64,000 nt of DNA from a virus (taxonomy: Duplodnaviria > Caudoviricetes). Position numbers and translations under genes: made by a program. The stretch is from positions 814-64,813 of IMG/VR virus record IMGVR_UViG_3300010354_000082. The stretch is one strand, 5' to 3'. Shown here piece after piece: positions 20,430-31,627 of this stretch (the stretch's first letter is position 1; the number at the start of each line of letters is the position of its first letter). Below the pieces are notes generated by a model. That model saw only the letters and a list, made by a program, of their open reading frames with translations. It was not told the origin of the DNA and did not search any database.

Positions 20430-21938
20430 TTGATAGTCATCACAACAGCGAGCGCAGACACTTACATCACCAACAAACTCATCGAGACGATCCCGGCCGT
20501 CTCTGGTAATGTCGGTCGTGCGGGGACTGTCGACATTTTCAAACTCTACGACGAGTCGAATTACGTCACGGGCGCTCTCGAACTCTCTCGCGCTCTCATC
20601 AAATTTGACCTCGGACAGGTCGCTCTCCTCGCCTCATCTTCCATCGACATCGCAGACCCATCTTTCAGGGCCGTCGTGAGAATGCGCAGCCTGTCGGTCG
20701 GTCAGCCCACGCCGAGCAACTTCACGCTCGACCTCTACCCGCTCGCGAATCCGTTCGAAGAGGGAATCGGAAGGGACATCATTTCCTTCGCAGACGTCGA
20801 CTACGCGAATTTCCTCCAGAGAATCTCAGGGTCATCGTGGAACGTCACGGGCGCCGCGGCGAGCGGCAGCCTGGGAGACTCCAACATCGACTACTTTGTG
20901 AGCGGAAACCTACAGGACGGCCAGGGTCTCACCTCCCTTCGCGTGAGTCAAGTTTTCCAGACGGGTCTCGAGGACCTCACGATGGACGTCACTCGCATCG
21001 TCTCTGCAACGATCGCGGGAGTCCTACCCGACAACGGATACAGGATCTCGTTCTCCGCAGCCCAAGAGTCCGACGGCGTGACAAGGTTCGTGAAGAGGTT
21101 CGCCTCGCGACACGTGAGAGACTTTTCGAACCGTCCGACTCTCACAATTTCCTACGACAACAGCGTGATCGACAATCACAGCTCGTCGTATTTCGACACT
21201 GCGAATTCTCTCGTGGTCCACAACACAGTGAGGGGACAGTATAGAAATTTCCTGTCAGGGACCGCGCTGACTCCCATCACGGGTCCGAACTGCGCCATTG
21301 TCAGGCTCGCGACGGGGTCCTACGTGAGCTACGTCACGGCGTCGCAGGTGGTGTGGGCGTCTCCAGTGACGGGAATCTACTCTGCGTCATTCACACTGCC
21401 AGCCGCGAGCACGGGCGTCATCACGGGCAGCGTCACCATCGCCGCTGCCCTCGCGGCGTCAGGGTCCATCACGCTCGACGAGCGCTGGACTTCGATCGAT
21501 GGGACGGTGACTTTCTTCTCCGGGTCCATCACGGTCCAGGGAGTGAGCGCCGCCCCAGCGACCGGTGGACCTCGAAAACTGCGTCCCTCTGTCTTCTCCA
21601 CCCCCGCGGGAGTCACTCGAGGAACGCCGGTCAGATTACGAGTCGCTTTCTTCGATGACTATGAGAATAACAAGGCGTCGAGGTTCCCAATAAGTCCCCG
21701 TCCGCTGCAGGTGAGCGAGGGGAGGCTGAGAATTCGCGACATCGTGACGGGCAGACTCCTGTTTGATTTCGATGATCCGGGTTCGAGACTCTCGTGCGAC
21801 ACAGTGTCCAACTACTTCGATATCCAGACTCACGGGTTCCCGCTGGGGATTCCCCTGTCTGTCGAATTCCAGTTTGACATTGACGGCCAGAGGGTGCAGC
21901 TGACGAACGTCCCGTACAGACTGACTGTGAGCGAGTAA
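20430..21938 (+). CDS. virion structural protein (baseplate-associated)
   Basis: ASADTYI, SRALIKFDL, MDVT.IV, NGYRISF, RPTLTISYD pattern of beta-sandwich phage baseplate proteins. Confidence 0.55.
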   Translation: MIVITTASADTYITNKLIETIPAVSGNVGRAGTVDIFKLYDESNYVTGALELSRALIKFDLGQVALLASSSIDIADPSFRAVVRMRSLSVGQPTPSNFTLDLYPLANPFEEGIGRDIISFADVDYANFLQRISGSSWNVTGAAASGSLGDSNIDYFVSGNLQDGQGLTSLRVSQVFQTGLEDLTMDVTRIVSATIAGVLPDNGYRISFSAAQESDGVTRFVKRFASRHVRDFSNRPTLTISYDNSVIDNHSSSYFDTANSLVVHNTVRGQYRNFLSGTALTPITGPNCAIVRLATGSYVSYVTASQVVWASPVTGIYSASFTLPAASTGVITGSVTIAAALAASGSITLDERWTSIDGTVTFFSGSITVQGVSAAPATGGPRKLRPSVFSTPAGVTRGTPVRLRVAFFDDYENNKASRFPISPRPLQVSEGRLRIRDIVTGRLLFDFDDPGSRLSCDTVSNYFDIQTHGFPLGIPLSVEFQFDIDGQRVQLTNVPYRLTVSE

Positions 21939-24900
21939 TGCCGAGAGTCAAGAAAAATATCGACTACACGAAGACAGACACGCTGCTCTCGCTACAGGGC
22001 AGCAGCACCTCTGCCGGTCTTACGTCCGCTGATGGCTACGATCAGGCGCCGAGCTCCGCGTCGTTCAGGTTCTCGCCTCCGGGGTCGCCCCTTCGGTCAA
22101 CGCAGCAGCTCCCCGTTGACTGGTCCAATTTTGCGAATCACACGTTCTTCAGCTCGGCTGTCGCAAACGTGAACGTTGCGTTCGATAAGATCATCAACAA
22201 TTTTCCCTTTGACGGCACATTCAGAGAGATAGAAGATTTTTTTGATACCCTGACTGGCTACGAAGCCTACGTGTTCAACCTCTTTCCAAAGTCTCTCAAC
22301 AGTCTTTCCTTTGTCGGCTCTTCTTACATCGATGTCACGGACTCTGCAGGCGCCCTGTATCCCGAGCTCTCGAGAAACATCACGGGCGCTTCGGTTCTTG
22401 ACCCAGGACTTCTGTCGCTCTCTCTGCAGACCAAACTCTTCGTTCCCAACAGCAACAATGACAATCAAATAATTGCCCAGAGAGTGTCGTCAGGAAACGG
22501 ATACACTCTTTTCGTGAGTCACTCAACAACCTCTAACGCTGAGGTGTATTTCAATTTCATTTCTGGATCGACGGCTCTATCCTGTTCTGCTTTCATAGAA
22601 AAGGGACAGTGGACCGACATAGCAGCCGTCATCAATCGTCGGCCCGGAATTCATCGATCACAGATCTATGTCAGCGGAACTCTTGCGGGAGAGTCGATGC
22701 CTGTCAGTGAGACGGGTCTCTTTACTGTCCTCTCTTCACCGCTCTACATCGGGTCGGGATCCAATCACGGGACGTTCACGTTCAACCAGGCGTTCAGCGG
22801 TTCACTCGATGACTTCAAAGTCTACGTCGGAAATAGGACACCTGATGAGATACGGGCGGCTGCAACGGGCCCCGCGGAGGCCAGCGAAAAACTTCGTCTC
22901 TACTACAAGTTCAACGAGCCAAGCGGATCCTACGACAGGAACTCATTCGTCATCGACTCATCAGGAAACGGTCTGCACTCGACAATCACGGGTTTCTCAT
23001 CAGCACTGAGAAATTCCAGCGCTCAGACCGGCGGTCCCTCAAATTTTGGCGAGAGACCTTCCTACAATCCTGTCCTTTTCCCGGACTACGCAGATCTCAT
23101 TACAATAAACTCGAATGCCCTAGAGTCTGCAAGAGACTATGACGCTAACAATCCCAACTACATAGTGAAACTCATTCCCGGTCACTATCTCGAACAGGAA
23201 CAGCGTGCAGTGGGACTTTCAACCGTTAACGGAGAGATCGGCAGGGACTTTTCCGATGGCGGAGACCTCCCACGCGCAACGCAGCTAGGCTCAGTCCAGC
23301 TGATAACTTCGCTTCTGCTCATCTGGGCAAAACAGTTCGATGAAATGAAAATGTTCATCGATCAGATGAGCAGACTGAACGCTGTCGGATACACTGAGAC
23401 GGGAGGGATAGCTGACACTTTCATTCCGTATCTGGCAAGAGAATTCGGAATAGAACTGCCCAGGATGTTCAGTTCTCCAACGTACTTACAATACATTCAC
23501 GGAGACAACATCGAAGCTGATACTTCTATCGGTACAAACCCACTCTACGAGCTCGAAGCAGATGTCTGGCGTCGCATACTCGCGTCCTTACCTACGATAA
23601 TAAAGAGCAAAGGAACGACAGACTCAGTGAAGAGTATCATCAGGTCTGTCGGGATTGATCCCGATGTGACTCTCAGGTTCAAGGAATACGGCGGCACTAG
23701 ATCGGGCTACATAACTGGCAGAAAATCTTCCAAGAAGCTGATGAGAACGCTCTCGAGCGGAAGCTTTCTCGTGTCATCACCATATCTCAGCGCTTCGAGA
23801 GTCGAACCTGGCGTCCCTCTGCCGTCTGGTGGTGCAACGCCCACGTCCAGCGACGGGCTGCTGACGAGCGGAAGTTTCACTTTTGAGTCCCACTACCTGT
23901 TGGACAGCTCGAATGTTGCCGACTCATCACTCGTAAGACTCGCGACTACCGGATCTTTCAACGACAAGCCCATACTCTTCAACGTGATCCTACAGCAATC
24001 GGGCACGATTGGCGGAGTCAACGGAAATATCACACTGAGCGGCTCATACTCGTCGGACACGTCAAATCCGCAGAGATTCTCTGTCGAGCTGTCGAATCTC
24101 CCAGTGTTCGATGGATACCCGTTCTATGTCTCTTTCGGTCGCAACAAGCTGTCTTCCGACACCAGCGAACTCTTTCTGAGATTCGGCAAGAGCATCGGTC
24201 AGAACCTCTTCGTCACCGAGTCGGTCTCTACGATAGTCATTCCGCCGTCATCTGACGTCCTGTCCAGCGTAGACTCTGTCAATAACGCAAGCGGAGCGTT
24301 CTTCGAGATCGGAAACTCGACGGTGACAACGAACGCGTCAAACAAATTTCTCAACTACTCCTCCCTTCCAGCGAGCTCGAGACTCGCAACTTTCGGCGGA
24401 AAAGTTTCGCAAGTGAGGTTCTGGTCAAAATACCTCTCCGGCAGCGAGTGGAATGAGCACGTGAAAAACCCGTTCAGCCTCGGTGTCAAGTCACCGTCTG
24501 TCAATTTCAACTTCGTGACGTCCGAGTCGGGATCGTTCGAGCGACTGCGGCTCGACTGCGGCTTCGATCAGCCCGTCACGGCATCCGACGGCAGCGGAAA
24601 CATCACTCTCACAGACTTCAGCCAGAATGGGTTTCACCTCTCTGGAACCGGATTCTCCCCGAGCTCGCCCGTCATCGGCGGCTTCGAGTTCCTGTCAAAC
24701 CCCATTGACCCATACTTTGACGAGTCGTCCACTGACCAGAAAGTTCGAGTGAAATCTTGGGAGACGGAGTCCAACGTCGAGAGATACGGTGGTCGACTCG
24801 GCGCGACATACACGATCGATCCTCACGAGAACTCTGTCGATGACAACAGGTTCGGCATAGAGATCAGCGTTGCACGAGCGCTGAACGAGGATATCGTGCT

Positions 24901-25285
24901 GATGCTCGGCGGTCACGAGCCCCTCGACAATCTCTACGGAAATTCGGCAGACGCTTTTTCGCTGGAATACACGGGCGAGAGACACCTGCGAGACATCTAC
25001 TTCAATCGTCTCGTGGACGCTCCCGTCTACAACAACGTCTTTCTCTTTGCAAAGTGGTTCGAACTCAACCTCGAGCCGCTCATCGCGCAGATGCTGCCGT
25101 TCAACACAAATTTTCTTGGCAGCAATTTCGTAATCGAGAGTCACGCTCTCGAGAGAAAGAAAATCAAGTACGGGTGGTCAGACATCTACCTCGGTCGCGA
25201 ACAGCGAAGCCTGTCTAGAGCCGAGTTTGAGATTATGGGCGATGGAACTTCTATCACACTTTCTGCAGAAATGAGGAGGGCATAG
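21938..25285 (+). CDS. large baseplate wedge protein with LamG domains and a P2 gpI/gp7-like segment
   Basis: LamG: WTDI..QIYVSG..LYIG..FSGSLDDFKVY..LYYKFNE..VIDSSGNGLH. Also IPYLAREFG...VWRRIL..LPTIIKSKGT..SVKSII. Confidence 0.7.
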   Translation: MPRVKKNIDYTKTDTLLSLQGSSTSAGLTSADGYDQAPSSASFRFSPPGSPLRSTQQLPVDWSNFANHTFFSSAVANVNVAFDKIINNFPFDGTFREIEDFFDTLTGYEAYVFNLFPKSLNSLSFVGSSYIDVTDSAGALYPELSRNITGASVLDPGLLSLSLQTKLFVPNSNNDNQIIAQRVSSGNGYTLFVSHSTTSNAEVYFNFISGSTALSCSAFIEKGQWTDIAAVINRRPGIHRSQIYVSGTLAGESMPVSETGLFTVLSSPLYIGSGSNHGTFTFNQAFSGSLDDFKVYVGNRTPDEIRAAATGPAEASEKLRLYYKFNEPSGSYDRNSFVIDSSGNGLHSTITGFSSALRNSSAQTGGPSNFGERPSYNPVLFPDYADLITINSNALESARDYDANNPNYIVKLIPGHYLEQEQRAVGLSTVNGEIGRDFSDGGDLPRATQLGSVQLITSLLLIWAKQFDEMKMFIDQMSRLNAVGYTETGGIADTFIPYLAREFGIELPRMFSSPTYLQYIHGDNIEADTSIGTNPLYELEADVWRRILASLPTIIKSKGTTDSVKSIIRSVGIDPDVTLRFKEYGGTRSGYITGRKSSKKLMRTLSSGSFLVSSPYLSASRVEPGVPLPSGGATPTSSDGLLTSGSFTFESHYLLDSSNVADSSLVRLATTGSFNDKPILFNVILQQSGTIGGVNGNITLSGSYSSDTSNPQRFSVELSNLPVFDGYPFYVSFGRNKLSSDTSELFLRFGKSIGQNLFVTESVSTIVIPPSSDVLSSVDSVNNASGAFFEIGNSTVTTNASNKFLNYSSLPASSRLATFGGKVSQVRFWSKYLSGSEWNEHVKNPFSLGVKSPSVNFNFVTSESGSFERLRLDCGFDQPVTASDGSGNITLTDFSQNGFHLSGTGFSPSSPVIGGFEFLSNPIDPYFDESSTDQKVRVKSWETESNVERYGGRLGATYTIDPHENSVDDNRFGIEISVARALNEDIVLMLGGHEPLDNLYGNSADAFSLEYTGERHLRDIYFNRLVDAPVYNNVFLFAKWFELNLEPLIAQMLPFNTNFLGSNFVIESHALERKKIKYGWSDIYLGREQRSLSRAEFEIMGDGTSITLSAEMRRA

Positions 25286-26118
25286 TGTCAACCATCACGA
25301 GCCTACAGGAGATTGACTCAGACACTTACCGTGAAGGTGTCAATATCCTTACCTATCAACAGTTCTTGAGGTCTCCGATTGCCCGTATGAGACCCAACTC
25401 GCCGGACATCCTTGTCCACGCGGGTCGACTGGTGAGCGACAATTTCTTCGATGAGAACCTGCTCGATATGGGAATGGCGGGCTCGATCACGAACGCGCCA
25501 AGTCCCTATTTGGAAGTGCGGACCCTCGGTGACGCTGATCCCGGATTGCCGGGATTCACTGATATGACCGACTTTCAGCCCGTCGCCTACCTTCTCGACG
25601 AGGGCACCGTGATGTATCCGTCGGTGATGAACGCCGGCGGGTTCTCAGATCCCATAAGGTCGAGCGGAATCGTCGGCATGTTCGAGTCGAGGGCTGAGAT
25701 TGCCGTCGTCAATCCGACTCCTGGGTATGCGAAGCGCGGCATCAAGGCGTCGCCCTGCTGGACTGCGGAGGGCGCAGACAGGAAGAATTACGCTATCGAG
25801 CAGCTCGTTCCGCGGTCGTACTCTGCACAGGAAGAAAAGTCACCCGCTTTCTTTGAAGTGGGGGCAGAAGAGATTTTCTGCCTTCTTGGAACGGTGACTT
25901 ATCCCGACATGCTGCCCACTCCCGCGACATCGTTTGTCGATTCCTGTGACTCTTGCCTCGGCAGCTCGGTGAGCGATCCGCAAATCTCTGCTGTCCTCTC
26001 CGCGGGCACGCCGGGCAGTCCATACATACAACGAGACAAGATATCGTCGACTGCGGGATGGACAATTCTTAACAAAGCGAACGGAACCGATTCAATAGTG
26101 TATAGCGACAGGACGTAA
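25285..26118 (+). CDS. hypothetical virion protein
   Basis: TAGTG-coupled ORF in the baseplate module; ends GTDSIVY. Confidence 0.55.
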   Translation: MSTITSLQEIDSDTYREGVNILTYQQFLRSPIARMRPNSPDILVHAGRLVSDNFFDENLLDMGMAGSITNAPSPYLEVRTLGDADPGLPGFTDMTDFQPVAYLLDEGTVMYPSVMNAGGFSDPIRSSGIVGMFESRAEIAVVNPTPGYAKRGIKASPCWTAEGADRKNYAIEQLVPRSYSAQEEKSPAFFEVGAEEIFCLLGTVTYPDMLPTPATSFVDSCDSCLGSSVSDPQISAVLSAGTPGSPYIQRDKISSTAGWTILNKANGTDSIVYSDRT

Positions 26119-26119
26119 A

Positions 26120-29100
26120 ATGGGAAAATTTGCAGGCGAGCTCGAACCCCTTCTCGATCTCAGGGAGCCCTTTGCAGTAGACCTGCGAGGCAAGATCTAC
26201 AACCTGAGCTCGAGCCTTGTCCTGCAGCAGAGTCTACTCTACCCTTCCACGAGCCTCGCAGATGGGACAGCGTTCACTGGTGGGACAGGAACTGCCGCAA
26301 CATTCGATCCAGGCAGCACGGGACTCACTCCCACTCCGAAGGGTCTTCTCTGCGGGACAACGAGCACAAAGTTCACGCTGCCGTCACCCATTGCCGACTG
26401 CCTGAGCTTCGCTGCTCCCGAGCTCACGCTCTCTGTCTGGGTGAGTGGGTCTCTCCACTCTACGAAGGTCGGCGATCTTCACGAGAAGAGTTTCATCCAG
26501 TCATCTGGGTCTCTCGGCGTGCAGTTTCTCATCGGCAACTGGGACACCTCCGCAACACCGACAGCGTCGCATTTCCTCGCCGCAGTCTACAGCAAGCCCT
26601 CGACAGCAGCCGCGATGAACGTTGTCGCGTCGACTCACAGGACTGCGGGCAAGACGGGTCCCGCAGTGTGGGGATCGAACACGAGAATGGGGTACCACGG
26701 CAGGACCGTGCAGGTCACCACGCCGCTGCCAGACAACAACAACCCGTTCGACGCTTCGAGACCCGGCTGGCACCACGTCGTCTATGTCCAGCGCGCCGCC
26801 CGCTCACCCGTCATACCGCCGACGCAGTTCCTCTTCAACCAGGCGACATCTCCCCTGCTGAACACCTCACAGACGGGAGACGAGGGTCGCTGCGAGATGT
26901 GGTTGGACGGCGAGCTCGTCTACACGACACCGACCTGGGGTCCGTTTCCTGAGGGTCACTCGCCATATTTCTACGAGGACGGGCTCGCCGGACTCAACGG
27001 CTCGACAACATCGAGATTCCTGGAGACAACGACGGACTCGAGCCTGTCCAACGCAACGACGGTCGCAAACAGAGTCCTCCGCCAGGCCGCGCCGTCTGCG
27101 TTCCTCTCCGGCAGCTCGGCAAACGGCGACGCGACAGCCCAGCTCGCAGTCTGGCGCCGAGCTCTCAGCGGAGAGGAGATCACTGCGATCTATCGCGGGA
27201 CCACCCAGGGAGTCTACACGACAGTCGGAACCTCATTCAGCTCGGCTCCCAAGCGCCTCATCGGACAGGATCCGGGCAGTCCGCTCTCGACTGCGAGGAA
27301 CGTGGGCTTCAGCGACGGCGCTGGGACTGGAAAGTCTCCAGAATTTCGTGACCTCTCGAGCGGACTCGAGAGACTTGCGGGATCGACCTATCAGGGAAAT
27401 TTCCACTACAGTCCCTTTGGGACATCGACGCCCCTCTCTCTCACATCGGCAGTGATGACAGACGGCAGCACGATCGTCGGGTCACCCGCGAAGGTCTCGA
27501 CCTTCAGGGACGTGAGCGATCCCACTCAGGGAATTGACGACCCTGAGTTTGTCATTCCGTCCGGATCCGCAGTCATCAGGATCTCCATTCCGAATACCGA
27601 CCCAAACGTTGCAGCGGGTCGCGCCCACAACTCTGGGACAGTCGACACATTTAGCTCGCAGGTGGGACTCGATGCTACGGGATCGATGTGTATTGGCACG
27701 GGATTCCTCTACTACAGCCCGAAGCTCAAGAGGTGGGTCGAGAAGAGGGCTGACGGCGCAACGTCCTTCACATCCGACCGTCGCCTCGTGGTCGACTCAA
27801 CGTCGGCGTCAAATTTCATCTTCCAGGTCTCTTCGAGCCGAGACACAGAAGTTGGAACCTACGGACGAAGGACAATGGTGAAGGTGGGCGGGACTCTCTC
27901 ACAGTTCTCGTGGTCTCCGCAGTTCGGATACTTCTTCAACCACGTCGAGCACCTGCAGCAGGTGGGATACAGTCGGATCGGTTGGCCCACGAGCTTCTTT
28001 GGCGCCCCAAACGCCCCCAAGTATCACGCCTACGATCACGAGACCATAAAACTCAGCGACTACATCGACAGACCCTTCCTGCTCAAGAGGGTCGAACTTC
28101 GAGTTCCCGTAAAGTCAGAGAGGTATTTCGGCGCCAACGATTCCTACGACAACGGCGACGCGGCCTACAATCAGCAGGTGACCAACAAGAAGGACATCGA
28201 CAATTACGTCTTCTTCCTCTATCGCCAGCGCCGAGTCTCGAGAGATCGCGACGGCTATCTGGACAGGGGGACTTCGAAGCGCTACCTCATCGCTTCGGCA
28301 TCTGTCTGCTACTACAACTCTGCGTCTTTCGGCGGCGCCTTCAAGGACGGGTTCTTCACGCAGTCGAACTGGACATCGACTGACGCCTGGGTCCAAGCGC
28401 TCAGCGGGGCACTTGCGAGACCCGGAGACACGCTGGACTATTTCAGCCAGTCTCTCACGCAGATCTCGGGCAACAATCCCATCCTCCACACGCCGCAGTA
28501 CGCGAAAGAGTGGGGCGAGGACAGGTTCACGGGAGCAAACTACCAGATTTCAGAACTGTTTGCAGAGACAACGACGCTCAACCTCACGATGTTTCCGACG
28601 GTGGTTCCTGACTGTCAGGTGTCTCCGAGTCTCATACCGTTCACCGGCTCAGGAATCACTCTTGACGCCAATGCATTCAGCGCCCGCGAGGGCGGCAGTG
28701 TAGTGGCGGGTTCGATAATTGGAATTTCGGGCGGTATGTACGTGACATCAGGAACGCGATCATCTCCGTCATCAACAAGCCCTGCGCCCTATCTTGCGCT
28801 AGTATCTCAGCGCTGGTTCGGCGGCAGTCGACCCGCGCAGATCGTATCATCGGAAGCAGTTGATCCATATGACACTGTCAGACTTCCGTCCAACAATAAC
28901 AACGACGCAAAGGTCAATGGCAGCATGGATGCGAATGTCCACAATACGACAGCCTGGGTCGATGATGTGAAACTTGAGACCAATAGCGAAGGTTTTACGA
29001 GATACGGCGTGAGACTCAATCGCGGCTCATTCCAGTCCCAGGGTTTGAGTCTCGTTCCCCTGGGATACTCTGGTTCGGCAGATCCGACGAGATTTATGAC

Positions 29101-29812
29101 GCAGATGTCGATCGACCCGCAGAATGTGAACTCTCCCGTGCCGGCGGGCGGACGCGCAAACGTCTCACTGCGCGGTCGACAGACAAATTTCGACAATCCG
29201 AACGGTTTCACGACTTCTCACGGCAACACGTACGGTGGATACTACGGTTGGAGGTTCATCTCCAATTTTCAGATTGGAGATTTCAGTGAGCGTCAGCAGT
29301 ATTCTCCCACGCTTCTCGATCCTCACGACGAGCTCGTCATTGGTCTCGACGCAGGGACGTTCGGACCGCCCGATCTCGATGCGGACGACCTTGTGGCAGA
29401 CAACACAGGACCCACGACCGGATACACTCCGGCGGGTCTGCAGCCCGGCGGCACGAAGCGCGCTTTCAAGAACACGCACCTCAAAGAGGACTACAGAAAG
29501 ACGCTGCCCCACTCGAGACTGAAAATCCTCACTGGCGAGGCGGAAATTGTCCTCATCGGAGACTTCTTGCAGGATCAGACTCCTACCGCCGTCCCGAGGT
29601 CGACTCCCGCCGGAGAGGGGATCACCCGAGTGGTCGGCGACGATCCTGTAGTAGACCAGAGCCTGCTGTTCAACCTCGACCTTCTCAGTGGGACTCTGCA
29701 CACGAAAATTTTCACAGGTTCGGAAGGCCCGCAGGGTCTCATCGACGGTCAGTCGTCACCTGACTCTGCAAGAAGGTTTTTCCGCGACGCTGGCAACAGG
29801 CGAGGGAACTAG
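26120..29812 (+). CDS. large virion protein with N-terminal LamG-like domain
   Basis: LTLSVWV...WHHVVYV...MWLDG...QLAVWRRALSGEEITAIY; S/T/G-rich. Confidence 0.6.
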   Translation: MGKFAGELEPLLDLREPFAVDLRGKIYNLSSSLVLQQSLLYPSTSLADGTAFTGGTGTAATFDPGSTGLTPTPKGLLCGTTSTKFTLPSPIADCLSFAAPELTLSVWVSGSLHSTKVGDLHEKSFIQSSGSLGVQFLIGNWDTSATPTASHFLAAVYSKPSTAAAMNVVASTHRTAGKTGPAVWGSNTRMGYHGRTVQVTTPLPDNNNPFDASRPGWHHVVYVQRAARSPVIPPTQFLFNQATSPLLNTSQTGDEGRCEMWLDGELVYTTPTWGPFPEGHSPYFYEDGLAGLNGSTTSRFLETTTDSSLSNATTVANRVLRQAAPSAFLSGSSANGDATAQLAVWRRALSGEEITAIYRGTTQGVYTTVGTSFSSAPKRLIGQDPGSPLSTARNVGFSDGAGTGKSPEFRDLSSGLERLAGSTYQGNFHYSPFGTSTPLSLTSAVMTDGSTIVGSPAKVSTFRDVSDPTQGIDDPEFVIPSGSAVIRISIPNTDPNVAAGRAHNSGTVDTFSSQVGLDATGSMCIGTGFLYYSPKLKRWVEKRADGATSFTSDRRLVVDSTSASNFIFQVSSSRDTEVGTYGRRTMVKVGGTLSQFSWSPQFGYFFNHVEHLQQVGYSRIGWPTSFFGAPNAPKYHAYDHETIKLSDYIDRPFLLKRVELRVPVKSERYFGANDSYDNGDAAYNQQVTNKKDIDNYVFFLYRQRRVSRDRDGYLDRGTSKRYLIASASVCYYNSASFGGAFKDGFFTQSNWTSTDAWVQALSGALARPGDTLDYFSQSLTQISGNNPILHTPQYAKEWGEDRFTGANYQISELFAETTTLNLTMFPTVVPDCQVSPSLIPFTGSGITLDANAFSAREGGSVVAGSIIGISGGMYVTSGTRSSPSSTSPAPYLALVSQRWFGGSRPAQIVSSEAVDPYDTVRLPSNNNNDAKVNGSMDANVHNTTAWVDDVKLETNSEGFTRYGVRLNRGSFQSQGLSLVPLGYSGSADPTRFMTQMSIDPQNVNSPVPAGGRANVSLRGRQTNFDNPNGFTTSHGNTYGGYYGWRFISNFQIGDFSERQQYSPTLLDPHDELVIGLDAGTFGPPDLDADDLVADNTGPTTGYTPAGLQPGGTKRAFKNTHLKEDYRKTLPHSRLKILTGEAEIVLIGDFLQDQTPTAVPRSTPAGEGITRVVGDDPVVDQSLLFNLDLLSGTLHTKIFTGSEGPQGLIDGQSSPDSARRFFRDAGNRRGN

Positions 29813-30687
29813 TGGCATCCAATTTCAGCAATTACTTTCAGAAGGCGTACACGCGAAAGCCGCACTTTGACGAGCTTGTCTACGGCTTCAACGGCACGAG
29901 CGGGTCACAGCGAATGGACGGCTCGAAGCAGGCCATTGGATACGTTGACTATGTCGGCACGGGTATCTCGATTACCAGATCGACCCTGGACAATGACGGA
30001 TTTTCCATCACGGGATCCTATTACGGGACTCCCACGATCCACATCTCAGATGTGAAGATCGACGTTGACAACAGCTACACTGATGGTCAATACTTCATTT
30101 CTTCAAGCAACGAAGTCTGGCTCAGATTGAACGCTAGCGTCATCTCGGGATTGACCATTCGTCCAGATTCTTTGATGAGTTATCTTGCAAGCGTGATCAA
30201 CATTCACAGGCTCTCACCCAGCAACACGGGACCTCCGATCATCGCCACTAGCAGCGGATCGTCTCTGATTCTCACGCAAGTAGATCCTGGACCCGCCGGC
30301 AACATCTGCATGGTCACTAATCTGGGACTATCCGCTGACTTTGAATTTACCGATTTCTCGGGAGGCGACGGCCTCGGCGGCGGTCCCTACGCAATTTCCT
30401 GGGCACCTGTGACAGGAACGGCAGTCGCAACGGGAGTTCGAATCGAGTCTTCCTACGTTCTCTCCCCCGTCCGTCACGGACAGCTCACAGACACATTCTA
30501 CGCACCACCAGATCACTACGTCTACGGTCCGCGCGAGGCCCCACTCGTAAAGTCAAATTTCACGGGCTCGATCGTGATCTCTTCCAATCGCGACGAGCAC
30601 TCTCGCATCTTTTCGAGATATCAGGACGGTGACCCTGGCGAGTCTTACACACTGGCAATCGATCCTACGTTCACGCCGCTCTCATAA
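29812..30687 (+). CDS. hypothetical virion protein
   Basis: TAGTG-coupled; carries a LTQxxPGPxGN...FSGG module. Confidence 0.55.
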   Translation: MASNFSNYFQKAYTRKPHFDELVYGFNGTSGSQRMDGSKQAIGYVDYVGTGISITRSTLDNDGFSITGSYYGTPTIHISDVKIDVDNSYTDGQYFISSSNEVWLRLNASVISGLTIRPDSLMSYLASVINIHRLSPSNTGPPIIATSSGSSLILTQVDPGPAGNICMVTNLGLSADFEFTDFSGGDGLGGGPYAISWAPVTGTAVATGVRIESSYVLSPVRHGQLTDTFYAPPDHYVYGPREAPLVKSNFTGSIVISSNRDEHSRIFSRYQDGDPGESYTLAIDPTFTPLS

Positions 30688-30736
30688 TTCACATCCCGCG
30701 CCTTTGTAGTACAATGGCAAGGGACTAGTTATCAGC

Positions 30737-31627
30737 ATGGCTGGAATACTCGACGGCAAATCTAGAATTATGGACGGGCAGCTCACTCTTCGGGGTCGAG
30801 CTGCTCTTGTCGCTGGCGGCATCAACGTCAAATACGTCTCATTCTCGGACATTGGCGCCCACTACGAGGACGCAGGCGACGGCACGGCAGCTACCCCGCT
30901 GCCAATCGGAATGGAGGCATTCAGCACTCCCAACGACGAGATTACCGTCACTTCCGATGAGTACGGAACGCAGAACGCCTTCTCAGGCAACGGATATGGA
31001 ATCCTGAGAAACGGTGAGATACAGAGCGATCTGACATCTTCCATTCTGACGTTCCTGTATTCGGGCTCTCTGGAATCATTCGATAACCAGCGACTCATCT
31101 CCACACGAGACGTTCTCTTCGATGACCCGGGACTTGTGATAAGTCCAGAGTCGTTATCTTTTCGTGTGACAGACACTTCTCCATTTTTAAAAGATGAACC
31201 CAGCATCGCGTCAGTGGATCAAATTGAAGGACTGTTTGCAGACAAGCGTCTCAGAAGGTCAAAAAGATTTCTCTATCTACCCCCGATTCAAAGAACGATC
31301 TCGACAGTTGGCAATGAAGTCCAGCTTGGAAACTACGTAGACATTCGAGAAAAAGCTATTGACGAGCAAGAGCTTGAGCAGACAATCGCTGCGTTGCCCC
31401 GACAAAGCATGAATTTTTCCAAATACACCAATAGGAACGAGTTGGCCATTCAACTATTCGAAAGTTCTAGCGCTGGCTTGATAAAGCTGGACATAGTCAA
31501 CTACGGTCATCTTGAAAAGAAAGACGATTCTGGAAAACAGAGAGATCTTTACTTTGTTGGGAAGCTTTTAGAAGATTCTTACGGAAATCCTACTTTCGTG
31601 AACTTGTTCGACTTGGTGATAAAGTGA
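30737..31627 (+). CDS. baseplate/tail protein (tail-collar-fibre N-terminal-like)
   Basis: MAGILDGKSRIMDGQLTLRGRAAL...KYVSFSD, similar to the N-terminus of 39844..40551. Confidence 0.55.
   Translation: MAGILDGKSRIMDGQLTLRGRAALVAGGINVKYVSFSDIGAHYEDAGDGTAATPLPIGMEAFSTPNDEITVTSDEYGTQNAFSGNGYGILRNGEIQSDLTSSILTFLYSGSLESFDNQRLISTRDVLFDDPGLVISPESLSFRVTDTSPFLKDEPSIASVDQIEGLFADKRLRRSKRFLYLPPIQRTISTVGNEVQLGNYVDIREKAIDEQELEQTIAALPRQSMNFSKYTNRNELAIQLFESSSAGLIKLDIVNYGHLEKKDDSGKQRDLYFVGKLLEDSYGNPTFVNLFDLVIK

Noticed and set aside
30700-30730. GCCTTTGTAGTACAATGGCAAG resembles a tRNA 5' half
   Set aside because: No anticodon arm, T-arm (GTTCRA) or matching acceptor 3' strand. A TTCACA-16-TACAAT promoter-like reading is equally possible but unproven.
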